DNA from: an uncultured Pseudomonadota bacterium
GTDB lineage: Bacteria; Oederibacteriota; Muellerivitia; Muellerivitales; Muellerivitaceae
Assembly: GCA_963836235.1 (NCBI GenBank)
Contig: CAWIIP010000001.1
Coordinates: forward strand, 49,191 to 113,190
Direction: 5' to 3'
Length of the DNA stretch: 64,000 bases
Part shown: piece by piece, positions 1 through 10,275 of the stretch
Layout: each line of letters begins with the position of its first letter
Numbering within the stretch: the stretch's first letter is position 1
The notes under the pieces: generated by a model
What the model was told of the DNA's origin: nothing
Databases searched by the model: none
Seen by the model: only the letters and a program-made list of their open reading frames with translations
Translations under genes and position numbers: made by a program

Positions 1-435
1 GTGTTTCCCCAGATGGTTGCGTTTTTGACCTTCATTGCGTCGGCCACCGCCGAGGCCAATCGGGCCCCATTCGATATTCCCGAGGCCGAATCGGAATTAA
101 CGGGAGGGTTTCATACCGAGTATTCGGGGGTTAAATTTGCCATGTTTTTCTTGGGGGAATACATCGCCATTGTGGTTTCGGCGGCCGTGGCGGCGACGGT
201 TTTCCTGGGCGGCTGGCTTCCTCCACTCTATTTTTTGGGTTTTATTCCAGGTTTTGTTTGGTTCATTCTCAAAGTGCTTTTGATTATTTACCTCATCATG
301 GCTTTCCGGTGGACTTTCCCCAGACTGCGAGTGGACCAGTTAATGGATTTCGGTTGGAAGGTTTTGATCCCAGTCACGATTGCGAATATTCTAATAACCG
401 GTTTCGTGGTTCTGCTGTTTAGTAAGGGGGTTTAA
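1..435 (+). CDS. nuoH: NADH-quinone oxidoreductase subunit H, C-terminal part (5' end cut by window edge)
   Basis: Translation is a polytopic membrane protein with the conserved NuoH/ND1 C-terminal region (…EAESELTGGFHTEYSGVKFAMFFLGEYI…); followed directly by nuoI-J-K-L-M-N. Confidence 0.88.
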   Translation: MFPQMVAFLTFIASATAEANRAPFDIPEAESELTGGFHTEYSGVKFAMFFLGEYIAIVVSAAVAATVFLGGWLPPLYFLGFIPGFVWFILKVLLIIYLIMAFRWTFPRLRVDQLMDFGWKVLIPVTIANILITGFVVLLFSKGV

Positions 436-948
436 ATGACAACTTTATACGCGTACCTTAAAGCCATTGTTCTGGGACTTTGGAATTTGTTGGTGGGGCT
501 ATCCATCACTTCCAGTTATGTTTTCAAAAAAACAACGACCCAACAATATCCAGAAGAAAAACTTCCACTTCCAGCTCGAAGCCGCAGCATGATTAAGTTG
601 ATATATGACGGAGAAAAAGACCAGTTTAACTGTGTGGCCTGCATGATGTGCGCTAAGGCTTGCCCCAACAACTGCATCAAATTGGAAGGCGTTCGCGGAG
701 CGGATGGCAAACGCCGGATGACGACCTTCAAACTGGATTTTTCCACCTGTATTTTCTGCGGTTATTGCGTAGAAGCCTGTGGTTTTGATGCCCTGACATT
801 CGTATCGGAAGAATATGAGAATTCAGTTTATAAAAGGGGAAGTTTGTTGCAGGACGAGCACGCCATGAAGTGGGCTCGTCCCGCCCATCTCGCACCGGCA
901 CTCGAGGAAACCGCCAAAGTCGAAGCGGTGGCCGGAGCAAAAGCATGA
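436..948 (+). CDS. nuoI: NADH-quinone oxidoreductase subunit I (2x[4Fe-4S] ferredoxin)
   Basis: Two CxxCxxCxxxCP motifs (CVACMMCAKACP, CIFCGYCVEACG); position between nuoH and nuoJ. Confidence 0.9.
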   Translation: MTTLYAYLKAIVLGLWNLLVGLSITSSYVFKKTTTQQYPEEKLPLPARSRSMIKLIYDGEKDQFNCVACMMCAKACPNNCIKLEGVRGADGKRRMTTFKLDFSTCIFCGYCVEACGFDALTFVSEEYENSVYKRGSLLQDEHAMKWARPAHLAPALEETAKVEAVAGAKA

Positions 949-1517
949 CCGAAACAATTTTTTACGCCTTGGCGGGTGTTATTGTGGCCTCGGCCATCCT
1001 GGTTGTTTCAGTGAGAAATCTTTTCCATTGTGCTCTTGCCTTAGCCCTGACCATGTTCGGTATTTCGGGCATTTACCTCTATCTAGATTGGGAATTCTTG
1101 GCGGCCGTTCAAGTGTTGATTTATGTCGGAGCCGTGACAGTACTCATCATTTTCGGCATTATGTTGACCCGTAAAGTGATGGATGATAACGCGAGGGTCA
1201 TGAACAATCAGGTTTTGTTTTCGTTCTTAGCGGCTGTGGCTGTATTGTTCATTCTCTTTGAAGTCATTGGGCGATCATCCTTCCAACAAAATGACCATCC
1301 AACGGCGGCAATGGCGGCGGCTTCTTCCTTGGTTGGAACAACGCAAACGGGGGCTTCCGCATCTTTACCCGACAGTTATCAAAACGACGTCCTTTCTTTG
1401 GGAGGGGCGTTATTGAAGCCACAAAATGGCTTTGCTTTCGCATTTGAATTTGTCTCAATACTCCTTTTGTCAGCGCTGGTAGGTGCCGTCGTCATAGCCC
1501 GAAAGGATCCTGCATGA
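945..1517 (+). CDS. nuoJ: NADH-quinone oxidoreductase subunit J
   Basis: Start ATG at 945 overlaps the nuoI stop (ATGA); hydrophobic N-terminus MTETIFYALAGVIVASAILVV typical of NuoJ/ND6. The six-frame ORF begins earlier at 870 but that part overlaps nuoI. Confidence 0.82.
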   Translation: MTETIFYALAGVIVASAILVVSVRNLFHCALALALTMFGISGIYLYLDWEFLAAVQVLIYVGAVTVLIIFGIMLTRKVMDDNARVMNNQVLFSFLAAVAVLFILFEVIGRSSFQQNDHPTAAMAAASSLVGTTQTGASASLPDSYQNDVLSLGGALLKPQNGFAFAFEFVSILLLSALVGAVVIARKDPA

Positions 1518-1828
1518 CCCAAATACCGATAGCTCATTTTCTTTATCTTGCTGCCATTCTTTTCGGCATCGGCATTTTTGGAGTTTTGGCGCGCAAAAAT
1601 GCGATTTCGGTCCTTATGGGAATCGAACTTATGTTGAACGCTGTAAACATTAATTATTTGGCCTTCGCGAAATATTGGGGACAGGGCACGTTTAGCGGCC
1701 CGGTTTTTGTGGTTTTCGTCATTACTATCGCGGCCGCTGAGGCCGCCGTTGCGCTGGCCATCGTCATATCCATTTATCGTCAAATGAAGAGTACTAATGT
1801 GGATGATGCCCATTATTTGCGTGGGTAA
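1514..1828 (+). CDS. nuoK: NADH-quinone oxidoreductase subunit K
   Basis: About 100-aa three-TM protein with NuoK/ND4L-like sequence (…LMGIELMLNAVNINYLAF…); start overlaps nuoJ stop. Confidence 0.88.
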   Translation: MTQIPIAHFLYLAAILFGIGIFGVLARKNAISVLMGIELMLNAVNINYLAFAKYWGQGTFSGPVFVVFVITIAAAEAAVALAIVISIYRQMKSTNVDDAHYLRG

Positions 1829-1930
1829 TAAAACCGTTCCAACCGTTCAAAGCATCGGAAGCCTTCAGCTGTTTGTCGCCAGCCGTTGATCTTGAGTCGA
1901 GCCGTGACTTTAATTAGGTAAGGGGCAGGA

Positions 1931-3826
1931 ATGATCCAGTATTCGTGGTTGATACCCGTGATGCCGGCTTTGGCCTATGCGGTCATCATCTTTTTTACTC
2001 GTCGATCCAAGTCGCTTTCCGCCGCTATTTCCATTCTGACAATGGCCGCTTGTTTTTGCCTCTCCATAGGAGTCTTTTTGGAAATCGCCCAGCGGGATCC
2101 ATCGCAACCTCTTCCCAACTTAACTTGGATCTGGTTGTCGGTTCCGCCTTGGGACGCCCACGTGGGCGTACTTATCGACCACCTGAGCGTGAACATGCTG
2201 TTGGTAGTGACCTTAATCTCGCTGCTGGTGCAAATTTATTCCCTGGGCTATATGCATGATGATGAGCGGTTTTCGACCTATTATTCTTACCTCTCGCTTT
2301 TTACCGCTTCCATGCTGGTGCTGGTGGTTTCCAATAATTACCTCCAAATTTTCATTGGATGGGAGTTGGTGGGGCTTTGTTCCTATCTTTTAATCGGTTT
2401 CTGGTATTTCAAGCCCGAAGCGGCCAACGCCTGTAAAAAGGCCTTTGTCGTCAACCGCATTGGGGACATGGGGTTCCTGATGGGGGTCATTACCATTGGG
2501 ATGATGTTCCAAACCTTCGATTTCGCGAAAGTTCAGGAACTTCTGACGCAGGAAATCGCGAAGGGCACCTTCCAAGGCAATCATTACATCGCCGGAATCG
2601 CCATCCTCCTTTTCTGTGGGGCGGTAGGGAAGAGCGCCCAGTTTCCGCTCCATGTTTGGCTTCCGGACGCCATGGAAGGCCCGACCCCAGTGTCCGCCCT
2701 TATCCACGCGGCTACCATGGTGGCGGCCGGGGTTTACATGGTTGCCCGGACCTACAGTATTTTCTCCGCGGACCCCTGGTCCATGACGGTCGTGGCCTGG
2801 GTTGGCGGATTCACGGCTATCTTCGCCGCCTCCATCGCCTTGGCCCAAGACGACATCAAGCGCATCCTGGCCTATTCCACCTTGTCCCAATTGGGTTACA
2901 TGATTATGTCCTTAGGGGCTGGGGGTTACACTTCCGGCATGTTTCACCTGACCACCCATGCCTGTTTCAAGGCCCTTTTGTTCCTCGGCGCCGGAAGCGT
3001 TATTCACGGGGTGCATAACCAGGATATTTGGAAGATGGGCGGCCTTTGGAACAAAATGAAAATTACGGCAGCTACTTTCCTCATCGCCAACCTGGCTATT
3101 TCCGGGATTCCCCCTTTCGCCGGTTTCTTCTCCAAAGACGCCATTTTGGATGCGGTCCACGAAAGCACCGTTCCGGGCCACGAGATTCTTTATTACGCCG
3201 CCGTTTTCACGGCATTTCTCACTGCTTTTTACATGTTCCGGCTTTTCTTCGTGGTTTTTCTCGGGGAGCCGCGCGACCACCATGCCTACGACCATGCCCA
3301 TGAGTCCCCGCTTACCATGACCGGGCCCCTCATGTTCCTGGCCTTTTTGTCCATCTGTATCGGTTGGTTGAATTGGCCGGGGTTGAATTACTATTCTAAG
3401 TTCGTTTTTTTCGGTCCGGGCAGCCCCGAAGGGGCTTCGAGCTTCCTTCAATTATTGGCGCAATCCTGGCTTTCGCTTTTGGTCGCCTTACTGGGTATCG
3501 GTTTGTCCGCCGCTTTTTATTACTTCAAAGTGTTCTCGGCCGAAAACGTCGCCCGGCAATTCCAGCCCATCTATCTTTTGTTGAAGAACAAATATTACTT
3601 TGACGAGATGTATGGTTGGTTCGTGGATAAGATCGTTTTTGGGATCGCTTCAGTTTTCCATTGGTTCGACGAAGTCGTTGTCGATGACGGCATGGTCGAT
3701 GGGACGGGTTGGATCAACCGGAAAATGGGCAGCCTTTTCAGCCTGACCCAAACCGGCTATGTTCAAAATTACGCCTTGGTGATTTTCGGCGCGGTGGCCG
3801 TGATTTACCTGCTGGTTAGCTTCTAA
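1931..3826 (+). CDS. nuoL: NADH-quinone oxidoreductase subunit L (antiporter-like)
   Basis: 631-aa polytopic protein with NuoL/ND5 hallmarks (…GWEL VGLCSYLLIGFWY…, …AMEGPTPVSALIHAATMV…); SD-like AGGTAAGGGG upstream. Confidence 0.9.
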   Translation: MIQYSWLIPVMPALAYAVIIFFTRRSKSLSAAISILTMAACFCLSIGVFLEIAQRDPSQPLPNLTWIWLSVPPWDAHVGVLIDHLSVNMLLVVTLISLLVQIYSLGYMHDDERFSTYYSYLSLFTASMLVLVVSNNYLQIFIGWELVGLCSYLLIGFWYFKPEAANACKKAFVVNRIGDMGFLMGVITIGMMFQTFDFAKVQELLTQEIAKGTFQGNHYIAGIAILLFCGAVGKSAQFPLHVWLPDAMEGPTPVSALIHAATMVAAGVYMVARTYSIFSADPWSMTVVAWVGGFTAIFAASIALAQDDIKRILAYSTLSQLGYMIMSLGAGGYTSGMFHLTTHACFKALLFLGAGSVIHGVHNQDIWKMGGLWNKMKITAATFLIANLAISGIPPFAGFFSKDAILDAVHESTVPGHEILYYAAVFTAFLTAFYMFRLFFVVFLGEPRDHHAYDHAHESPLTMTGPLMFLAFLSICIGWLNWPGLNYYSKFVFFGPGSPEGASSFLQLLAQSWLSLLVALLGIGLSAAFYYFKVFSAENVARQFQPIYLLLKNKYYFDEMYGWFVDKIVFGIASVFHWFDEVVVDDGMVDGTGWINRKMGSLFSLTQTGYVQNYALVIFGAVAVIYLLVSF

Positions 3827-3846
3827 AACTCCGGAGGAAATAAAGA

Positions 3847-5427
3847 ATGCTTCCCGTACTCGCCACCATTTTGGTTCCTTTCGCAGCCATCTTTGCCCTT
3901 TTTTCTCAGGCTTCCGTCCATGGGCCGAATGTCTTGCCCCTCTTGACCACTTTTATCCTTATTCCCATTCTTTCCGCTTTTGCCATTATGGCCGCCCCCG
4001 AAAAATACACTCGTTGGATCAGTCTTTTTATGGCTTCCCTCGAATTGGGAGTTGCCTTCAAGGTCTTCGCTCTTTATCAAACCACCGTGGGTGGATTTCA
4101 ATTGGTGGAAGAAGTTCCCTGGCTGGGCAATTTTGGGATCAAATACCTTTTGGGCGTCGATGGAATGAGTACCTTGATGGTGTTTTTGGTCGGCTGCGTT
4201 TATTTCGCTGGGACACTCATTTCATGGAACGTCAGCCTCCGTAAAAAGGAATATTACGTCCTCTTTTCGCTTTTGGTCGGCGGAGTGGCCGGCGCTTATG
4301 AGAGCCTCGACTTGTTCTTCTTCTTCCTCTTTTACGAGTTCGCCGTTTTGCCCATGTACCTCCTGGTCGGAATCTGGGGATCGGGCCGTAAGGAATACGC
4401 GGCCATGAAGCTGACCCTTATGCTCTTGGCCGGGTCGGCCTTCATGCTGGTGGGCTTCATCGCCATGTACTTCACTTCCAATGTCCATACTTTCGACATC
4501 CGCGTATTAGGTGACCTGTCTAAAACTGGCTTTAGCCCCGATTTCCAAAACATTTGGTTTCCCCTCCTTTTCCTCGGTTTCGGAGTCATCGCGGCCGTTT
4601 TTCCCTTTCATACCTGGTCGCCTGATGGGTACGGTTCGGCTCCCACCGCCGCTTCCATGTTGCATGCGGGGGTTTTGAAGAGCCTGGGAGGATATAGCAT
4701 CATTCGGGTCGCATTGCCGGCCATGCCCTTAGGGGCAAAACACTGGCTTCCCATTCTGGTTCTTTTGACCCTGGTCAATATTCTCTACGCCGCCTTGGTT
4801 GCCTTAAAACAAAAGGACTTCAAGTATGTCATCGCTTATTCTTCCGTGTCTCATTGTGGCGCCATTCTTTTCGGCATTTGTACCCTCCAGGTCGCCGGTT
4901 TAAATGGGGCGGTCATCCAAACCCTTTCCCACGGAATCGTGGCGGCCATGACCTTCGCCTTAGTGGGGACGGTTTATGGCAAGGCCCACACGAGAGAACT
5001 AGCTAAGTTGGGCGGACTAGGAGCCTGCATGCCGGTTTTAGGCGGGCTTTTCGTGGCGGCGGCGATGGCCAACGTGGGATTACCCGGCTTAAGCGGTTTC
5101 GTGGGCGAGTTCCTTATTTTCCTGGGGTCCTACCGCAGCGGATACAACGGTGGATTCACGATCTTCCAAGTCCTTTTTCCCGTGGCCGTTCTAGCCATCG
5201 TCTTGACGGCTGTTTATTACCTTCGGCTTGTCCAAATGGTTTTTTATGGGCCTGTGAAGGATCCTCACTTTAAGGAAGAGGTTCATGATGGCACCTTCAT
5301 CGAAATTCTGCCGATCGCTTTTCTCCTGGCCGTTTCGCTCGCTGTGGGTTTATACCCGAAACCCTTTGTCGATATGTCCAACGCGACCATCGCGCCCTTG
5401 ATCGACTATATCGGAGGATTCAAGTGA
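3847..5427 (+). CDS. nuoM: NADH-quinone oxidoreductase subunit M
   Basis: 526-aa antiporter-like membrane subunit, NuoM/ND4-type; SD GGAGGAAA upstream. Confidence 0.88.
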   Translation: MLPVLATILVPFAAIFALFSQASVHGPNVLPLLTTFILIPILSAFAIMAAPEKYTRWISLFMASLELGVAFKVFALYQTTVGGFQLVEEVPWLGNFGIKYLLGVDGMSTLMVFLVGCVYFAGTLISWNVSLRKKEYYVLFSLLVGGVAGAYESLDLFFFFLFYEFAVLPMYLLVGIWGSGRKEYAAMKLTLMLLAGSAFMLVGFIAMYFTSNVHTFDIRVLGDLSKTGFSPDFQNIWFPLLFLGFGVIAAVFPFHTWSPDGYGSAPTAASMLHAGVLKSLGGYSIIRVALPAMPLGAKHWLPILVLLTLVNILYAALVALKQKDFKYVIAYSSVSHCGAILFGICTLQVAGLNGAVIQTLSHGIVAAMTFALVGTVYGKAHTRELAKLGGLGACMPVLGGLFVAAAMANVGLPGLSGFVGEFLIFLGSYRSGYNGGFTIFQVLFPVAVLAIVLTAVYYLRLVQMVFYGPVKDPHFKEEVHDGTFIEILPIAFLLAVSLAVGLYPKPFVDMSNATIAPLIDYIGGFK

Positions 5428-6893
5428 TCCAAGTTTCTTCTTTCCTGCCGGAGCTTTGGCTGGTGTGCACGGCCATACTGATCCTGCTGGTGGAATTGTT
5501 TTCGGAAAGCGACTCGACCCGCCGGATGCTGAATAGGATCGCGGTTTTAGGCGTCTTGGGCGCCTTGGTCACCCTGCCTTGCGTGGGGGGGCTTTGTTGT
5601 TCCGCGGCCTGTACATTGGGGTCCTTTCCGACGGAAGCCTTCAATGGTTTCCTTAAAACGGATGGCTTGGCGGCTTTTTTCAAGATGATCGTGTTGCTCG
5701 GCACGCTTCTGACCCTTTTCATCACCTTCCGCTACTTCAAAAGCCGGCCCACCCATTACCCGGCCGAATTCCTGGCCGTTCTTTTGTTTTCGGCGGCGGG
5801 GGCCTCGGCTTTGGCCTCGGCTCAGGAAATCATCACTCTTTACGTTTCGTTGGAAACCCTGACGATCAGCAGTTATTTACTGGCGTCTTTTATGAAAAAA
5901 GACAAGGGAAGTAACGAGGCGGGAATGAAATACCTATTGCTGGGGGCCTTTTCCTCCGCCATCCTTTTGCTGGGCTTCTCTTATATATATGGCCTGACCG
6001 GGACGACGGTTATCGCCCAAATCGGAAAAAGTCTGGCGGCCCAGCCTTTCTCGCCCATGCTGGCCCTGGCGATCATCTTGGTGACCGGCGGTTTGGGTTT
6101 CAAGATATCGCTGGCGCCCTTCCATATGTGGACGCCCGACGTTTACGAAGGAGCCCCGACTCCCGTGACGGCCTTTCTTTCCGTGGTTTCCAAAACGGCG
6201 GGATTCGCGGCTTTTGTCCGTATCTTCTGGGTAGGGCTCTCCAATTCCTCCGCCGCGCCGGTTTGGGCGGGACTTTTCGCGGTCCTGGCGGCGATGAGCA
6301 TTATCCTGGGCAATTTAGAAGCTATTCCCCAAAAAAACATCAAGCGCATGATGGCCTATTCCTCTATCGCCCAAGCTGGGTACATTTCAACGGGTTTCCT
6401 GGCGGGAGGGCAACTGGGCCTGACAGCGGTCCTCTTTTACCTCTTTGTCTATCTATTCGCCAACATGGGGGCCTTCCTGGCGATCGTGATTGTTTCCGGT
6501 AAAACAGGCAGCGACCAAATCGAGGATTTCGCCGGCATGTGGAAAAGATCCCCCCTGATAGGGGTTGTCCTGCTGGTATGCCTTCTTTCCCTCGCGGGAG
6601 TGCCGCCCTTCGCTGGTTTTTCGGGAAAGTGGTACTTATTCGGCGCCGCCATCCACATGGGGTACACTTGGCTGGCACTGGTGGGAATGGTTTTCAGCGT
6701 GGTATCCCTTTACTATTACCTGCAGGTGGTACGCCAGGCCCTGATGGTGGATGCCAAGGATTCCTCGCCCATCGAAATGAACCTTATCGAAAAAGTGATC
6801 TTGGTGGTCTGCATTGTTTCCACCGTTACCTTCGGTTTCTGGCCGACGCCCATCATGGATATGGCCCAAGCGGCTTCCACAGCCCTGTTTTAA
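5424..6893 (+). CDS. nuoN: NADH-quinone oxidoreductase subunit N
   Basis: 489-aa antiporter-like membrane subunit, last gene of the operon; GTG start overlaps nuoM stop. Confidence 0.88.
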   Translation: MIQVSSFLPELWLVCTAILILLVELFSESDSTRRMLNRIAVLGVLGALVTLPCVGGLCCSAACTLGSFPTEAFNGFLKTDGLAAFFKMIVLLGTLLTLFITFRYFKSRPTHYPAEFLAVLLFSAAGASALASAQEIITLYVSLETLTISSYLLASFMKKDKGSNEAGMKYLLLGAFSSAILLLGFSYIYGLTGTTVIAQIGKSLAAQPFSPMLALAIILVTGGLGFKISLAPFHMWTPDVYEGAPTPVTAFLSVVSKTAGFAAFVRIFWVGLSNSSAAPVWAGLFAVLAAMSIILGNLEAIPQKNIKRMMAYSSIAQAGYISTGFLAGGQLGLTAVLFYLFVYLFANMGAFLAIVIVSGKTGSDQIEDFAGMWKRSPLIGVVLLVCLLSLAGVPPFAGFSGKWYLFGAAIHMGYTWLALVGMVFSVVSLYYYLQVVRQALMVDAKDSSPIEMNLIEKVILVVCIVSTVTFGFWPTPIMDMAQAASTALF

Positions 6894-6918
6894 AAGTTTT
6901 TATCCCGCGGGTTTAAAC

Positions 6919-6946
6919 CTCCGGCTTTCCGCCGGGGGTTTTTTTG
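6919..6946 (+). terminator. Putative rho-independent terminator after nuoN
   Basis: Short GC stem (CCGGC / GCCGG, loop TTTCC) followed by a run of 7 T, about 26 bp after the nuoN stop. Confidence 0.45.
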
Positions 6947-7063
6947 TTTCTGGAGATTTCATCATGTCCCCTTTTGAGACGAGCGGGAAAGTTGTTTCAA
7001 AGTATAAAAAACGGTAGAGTGGTCGGGTTTGAGGGAGGTAGCGTCCTTTCGAGGGAGAATGCG

Positions 7064-7882
7064 ATGATGACTAATGGATTATTAGGAGCGGTGTTTTTCT
7101 TTTATGCTTTCAGCAGTTTTTACGCCTTCCGCTATTACCGCGGCCTGGACGAAGGTTCGGACCGATTGGCGGTCCGATGGCTATTAGCTGGATTCTTTTT
7201 CCAAGGGCTACTGCTGACGGCCCAATGGATGACGGATGGCTACGCCCCCCTGGTCACCCTTGAGGGCATTTTAACCGCCTTCTCCTTTTCGCTGGCAGCG
7301 GCTTTGCTCTTGGGTCGCCTCAAAACACCGGTACCGGTACTGACGTCGCTCTTCCTGCCTTTCATCCTCTTGGTAGCTCTCCTGGCCTTTTGGCTGGGCT
7401 TCAAGCCTACGGCCCTGATGGACAGCCGTTTAATGACTCCTGGAATGGCCAGCCATATTTTCCTCACCTTCATGGGTTTTTCCCATTTCACCTTAGGGTT
7501 CGGCGTGGGAGTGGCTTTTTGGGTCCAAGAAGGGCAATTAAAGCAGCATCAGGTCAAAAGCTGGAGCTACCGCCTCCCGGCGCTCGAGGCTTTGGACCGA
7601 TTGACCGTTTACTACATCGGACTGGGTTTTCTCTTCTGGCTCCTGGGGTTGTGGCTGGGAGCCGTCCAGGCTATCCAGGTTTGGAATCGGCTTCCCTTGG
7701 CGGATCCAAAAATCCTGGGCTCTTTCCTGGTTCTCATTATTTACGCCGGTTTCTTCCTGCTTCGATGGGGTTTTCGGATGAGGGGAAGAAAGTCCATGGT
7801 GCTGGTGATGGCGGGTTACCTCCTGGCCCTTTTTACCTTTGTGGGTGTCCGCGTCTTTTTAACCACCCAGCACGTACTTTAA
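7064..7882 (+). CDS. Cytochrome c assembly (CcsA/HemX) family membrane protein
   Basis: Polytopic membrane protein with a CcsA-family C-terminal region (…GLWLGAVQAIQVWNRLPLADPKILGSFLVLIIYAGFFLLRW…); directly upstream of hemA as in hemAXCDBL-type operons. Start at ATG 7064 (SD GAGGGAG upstream) preferred over the ORF-track start 6944. Confidence 0.6.
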   Translation: MMTNGLLGAVFFFYAFSSFYAFRYYRGLDEGSDRLAVRWLLAGFFFQGLLLTAQWMTDGYAPLVTLEGILTAFSFSLAAALLLGRLKTPVPVLTSLFLPFILLVALLAFWLGFKPTALMDSRLMTPGMASHIFLTFMGFSHFTLGFGVGVAFWVQEGQLKQHQVKSWSYRLPALEALDRLTVYYIGLGFLFWLLGLWLGAVQAIQVWNRLPLADPKILGSFLVLIIYAGFFLLRWGFRMRGRKSMVLVMAGYLLALFTFVGVRVFLTTQHVL

Positions 7883-7894
7883 GGCAAGGTCCCC

Positions 7895-9157
7895 ATGAAG
7901 TTTATCGCCTACGGATTAAACCACACGACGGCCCCCCTCGCGGTCAGGGAAAAATACGCCCTCCCGCCGGAAAAAGTTATGGAAGTTCTTCGGGGCCTGA
8001 AGACCCATTCGGCGGAAACGGTTTTTCTTTCCACTTGTAACCGGGTGGAATTTTATCTTTCCCCTGAACATGACGAAAATTGCCTGACCGAAATCCGCGA
8101 CACACTGGGAAAGTTCCACCGTTTAAAACCGGCGGAGGTTAAGAAATATTTTTACCTTCACGAGGGCCCGGAGGCTTTTTTACACCTCTTCCGGGTGGCC
8201 TCCTCACTGGATTCCATGGTGGTGGGGGAAGCCCAAATCCTGGGCCAGGTGAAAGAGGCCTTTCAGGAATCCCGGCAGGCCGGGCTGGCCGGCGCGGCTT
8301 TCCACGGTATTTTCGACCGGGCCTTCACCGCGGCCAAAAGGGTTCGCTCCCAAACCGAAATAGCCCGGATGCCGGTGAATGTCTCCAGCGTGGCGGTGGA
8401 CTTGGCCCGGAAAATCTTTACCACCATTTCAGAGCACTCGGCCCTGCTGTTAGGCGCGGGCGAAATGGGGGAATTGACAGCCAAATACCTGGTGGACGCG
8501 GGGGTGAATGATTTTTTTATCGCCAACCGGACCTTGGAAAAGGCCGAAGCCCTGGCCTCCAAAATGGGTGGGAAAGCCTTGCCATTAACGGAAAGCCTGA
8601 AAAAGATCGAACAGGTCGATATCATCCTGGCTTCCCTTGGGGGAGGTTCTTCCTGGCTTAAAAAGAAGGAAGTCGAACAGGCGATGAGGAACCGCAAAGG
8701 AAGGCCCCTTTTCATCATCGACATCGGGGTGCCACGGAATGTCGAACCTGAAACGGGTAAGATTGAATCCGTCTACCTTTATAACATTGATGACCTCTCC
8801 GCGATCGCCGAAGGAAACCGAGGCCAAAGGCAAATGGCGGTTGAGACCGCCGAATCGATTCTCCGGGAAGAGGTCAACAAGCTTTGCGACTGGCTGACGG
8901 GGTTGGAACTGGTTCCAACCGTCGTCAAGCTTCGGCAACATTTCGAGGGAATCCGCCAATCCGAATTGGCGGATTTTATGGAAAAGAACGGTCAGTTGAG
9001 TGAAAAGGACCGAAAGGCCGTTGACCGGCTGACCCATGATTTGACCGCAAAGCTTTTACACGATCCTTCCGTTAACCTGAAGGGCATCGCCAATGAGACG
9101 GACCGGTTTGAGTTTGCCCGGATGCTGAACGAAATTTTCTTGAAAAAGGACCATTAA
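7895..9157 (+). CDS. hemA: Glutamyl-tRNA reductase
   Basis: N-terminus MKFIAYGLNHTTAPLAVREKY and catalytic-Cys region …STCNRVEFY…; Rossmann NADPH domain; hem operon context. Confidence 0.9.
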   Translation: MKFIAYGLNHTTAPLAVREKYALPPEKVMEVLRGLKTHSAETVFLSTCNRVEFYLSPEHDENCLTEIRDTLGKFHRLKPAEVKKYFYLHEGPEAFLHLFRVASSLDSMVVGEAQILGQVKEAFQESRQAGLAGAAFHGIFDRAFTAAKRVRSQTEIARMPVNVSSVAVDLARKIFTTISEHSALLLGAGEMGELTAKYLVDAGVNDFFIANRTLEKAEALASKMGGKALPLTESLKKIEQVDIILASLGGGSSWLKKKEVEQAMRNRKGRPLFIIDIGVPRNVEPETGKIESVYLYNIDDLSAIAEGNRGQRQMAVETAESILREEVNKLCDWLTGLELVPTVVKLRQHFEGIRQSELADFMEKNGQLSEKDRKAVDRLTHDLTAKLLHDPSVNLKGIANETDRFEFARMLNEIFLKKDH

Positions 9158-9321
9158 CAGGATGTTGAAAAAGTCCGAAATCGAACTTTTTCCTTTTATG
9201 AACGAGCCACGGATCATATAAACCATATTTTAAGTGGCTCTTTCTATTCCATGGCTGTCGACAGGGCGCTGAAAATGCTTTTTCAGCACTCTGTTAAAAT
9301 CCAGGATAAGATGGGCATTCC

Positions 9322-10251
9322 ATGATACTGATAGGCACCCGAGGCAGCCAATTAGCCCTGACCCAGGCGGAAGGGGTCCGTTCGCAGATTGCCCTTTTAT
9401 TCCCCGGCGAAGAGGTTCGACTGGAAGTGGTGAAAACCCTGGGGGACCGTCTTTCCGCGAAGGAAGCCGCCGAGGAAAGGGAGGAACCCCCGCAGGGGCT
9501 CTTTACCAAAGAATTGGATGAGGCCCTTCTTTTGGGCCGCATTCGGGCCGCCATCCATAGCTTGAAGGACGTGCCGACAATCCTTCCCGCCGGAATCGGT
9601 TATGGAGCCTTCGTCAAGCGTGAGGACCCCAGGGATGTTTTGATCTCCAAATCAGGCTCTAAATTCTTTGAGTTACCTGCTGGTTCAGTTGTGGGCACCG
9701 GATCTCCCCGCCGGGAAGCGCAAATCCGGGCGGTCCGCTCCGACCTCAAGGTGGCGCCCCTGCGGGGGAACGTCGATACGCGCCTGCGAAAGCTGAGAGA
9801 AGGGGAATATGACGCCATCGTCATCGCGGCGGCGGGGCTGAAACGCCTGGGAAGGGGAAACGAAGCCACCGAGTTCCTCGATCCCGAAGTCATCCTTTCC
9901 GCCCCCGCCCAGGGAGTGCTTTGCGTGACGCTGCGGGAGAACGACCAGGCATTCATCAAGGCGCTTGAGCCTTTGGACGACAGGCCCACCCGAATTTGCG
10001 CGGAGGCCGAAAGATCTTTTTTAAGGACTTTACAAGGGGGCTGCCGCATCCCGGTGGGGGCATTGGCCAGCGTGGAAGGGGAAACGCTCCATCTTTCGGG
10101 GGTCATCGCCCATCCGAATGGCGAACAGATCATGCGCCACAGCCGAAAAGGCTCCATTCAACGGCCCAAAGAATTAGGGGACGAATTGGCCCGGCATTTT
10201 TTAGCCCAGGGGGCCCAAGAAATTTTAAACGGCTTTGGCCGGACGACTTAG
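9322..10251 (+). CDS. hemC: Hydroxymethylbilane synthase (porphobilinogen deaminase)
   Basis: N-terminus …IGTRGSQLALTQAE…; about 310 aa; between hemA and hemD. Confidence 0.9.
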   Translation: MILIGTRGSQLALTQAEGVRSQIALLFPGEEVRLEVVKTLGDRLSAKEAAEEREEPPQGLFTKELDEALLLGRIRAAIHSLKDVPTILPAGIGYGAFVKREDPRDVLISKSGSKFFELPAGSVVGTGSPRREAQIRAVRSDLKVAPLRGNVDTRLRKLREGEYDAIVIAAAGLKRLGRGNEATEFLDPEVILSAPAQGVLCVTLRENDQAFIKALEPLDDRPTRICAEAERSFLRTLQGGCRIPVGALASVEGETLHLSGVIAHPNGEQIMRHSRKGSIQRPKELGDELARHFLAQGAQEILNGFGRTT

Positions 10252-10275
10252 TGAGTTTTTAAGTTTAGGGAGCTT

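Noticed and set aside
7390-8040. 216-aa ORF overlapping hemX-like and hemA in another frame
   Set aside because: Pro/Gly/Arg-rich off-frame translation overlapping two confidently assigned genes.
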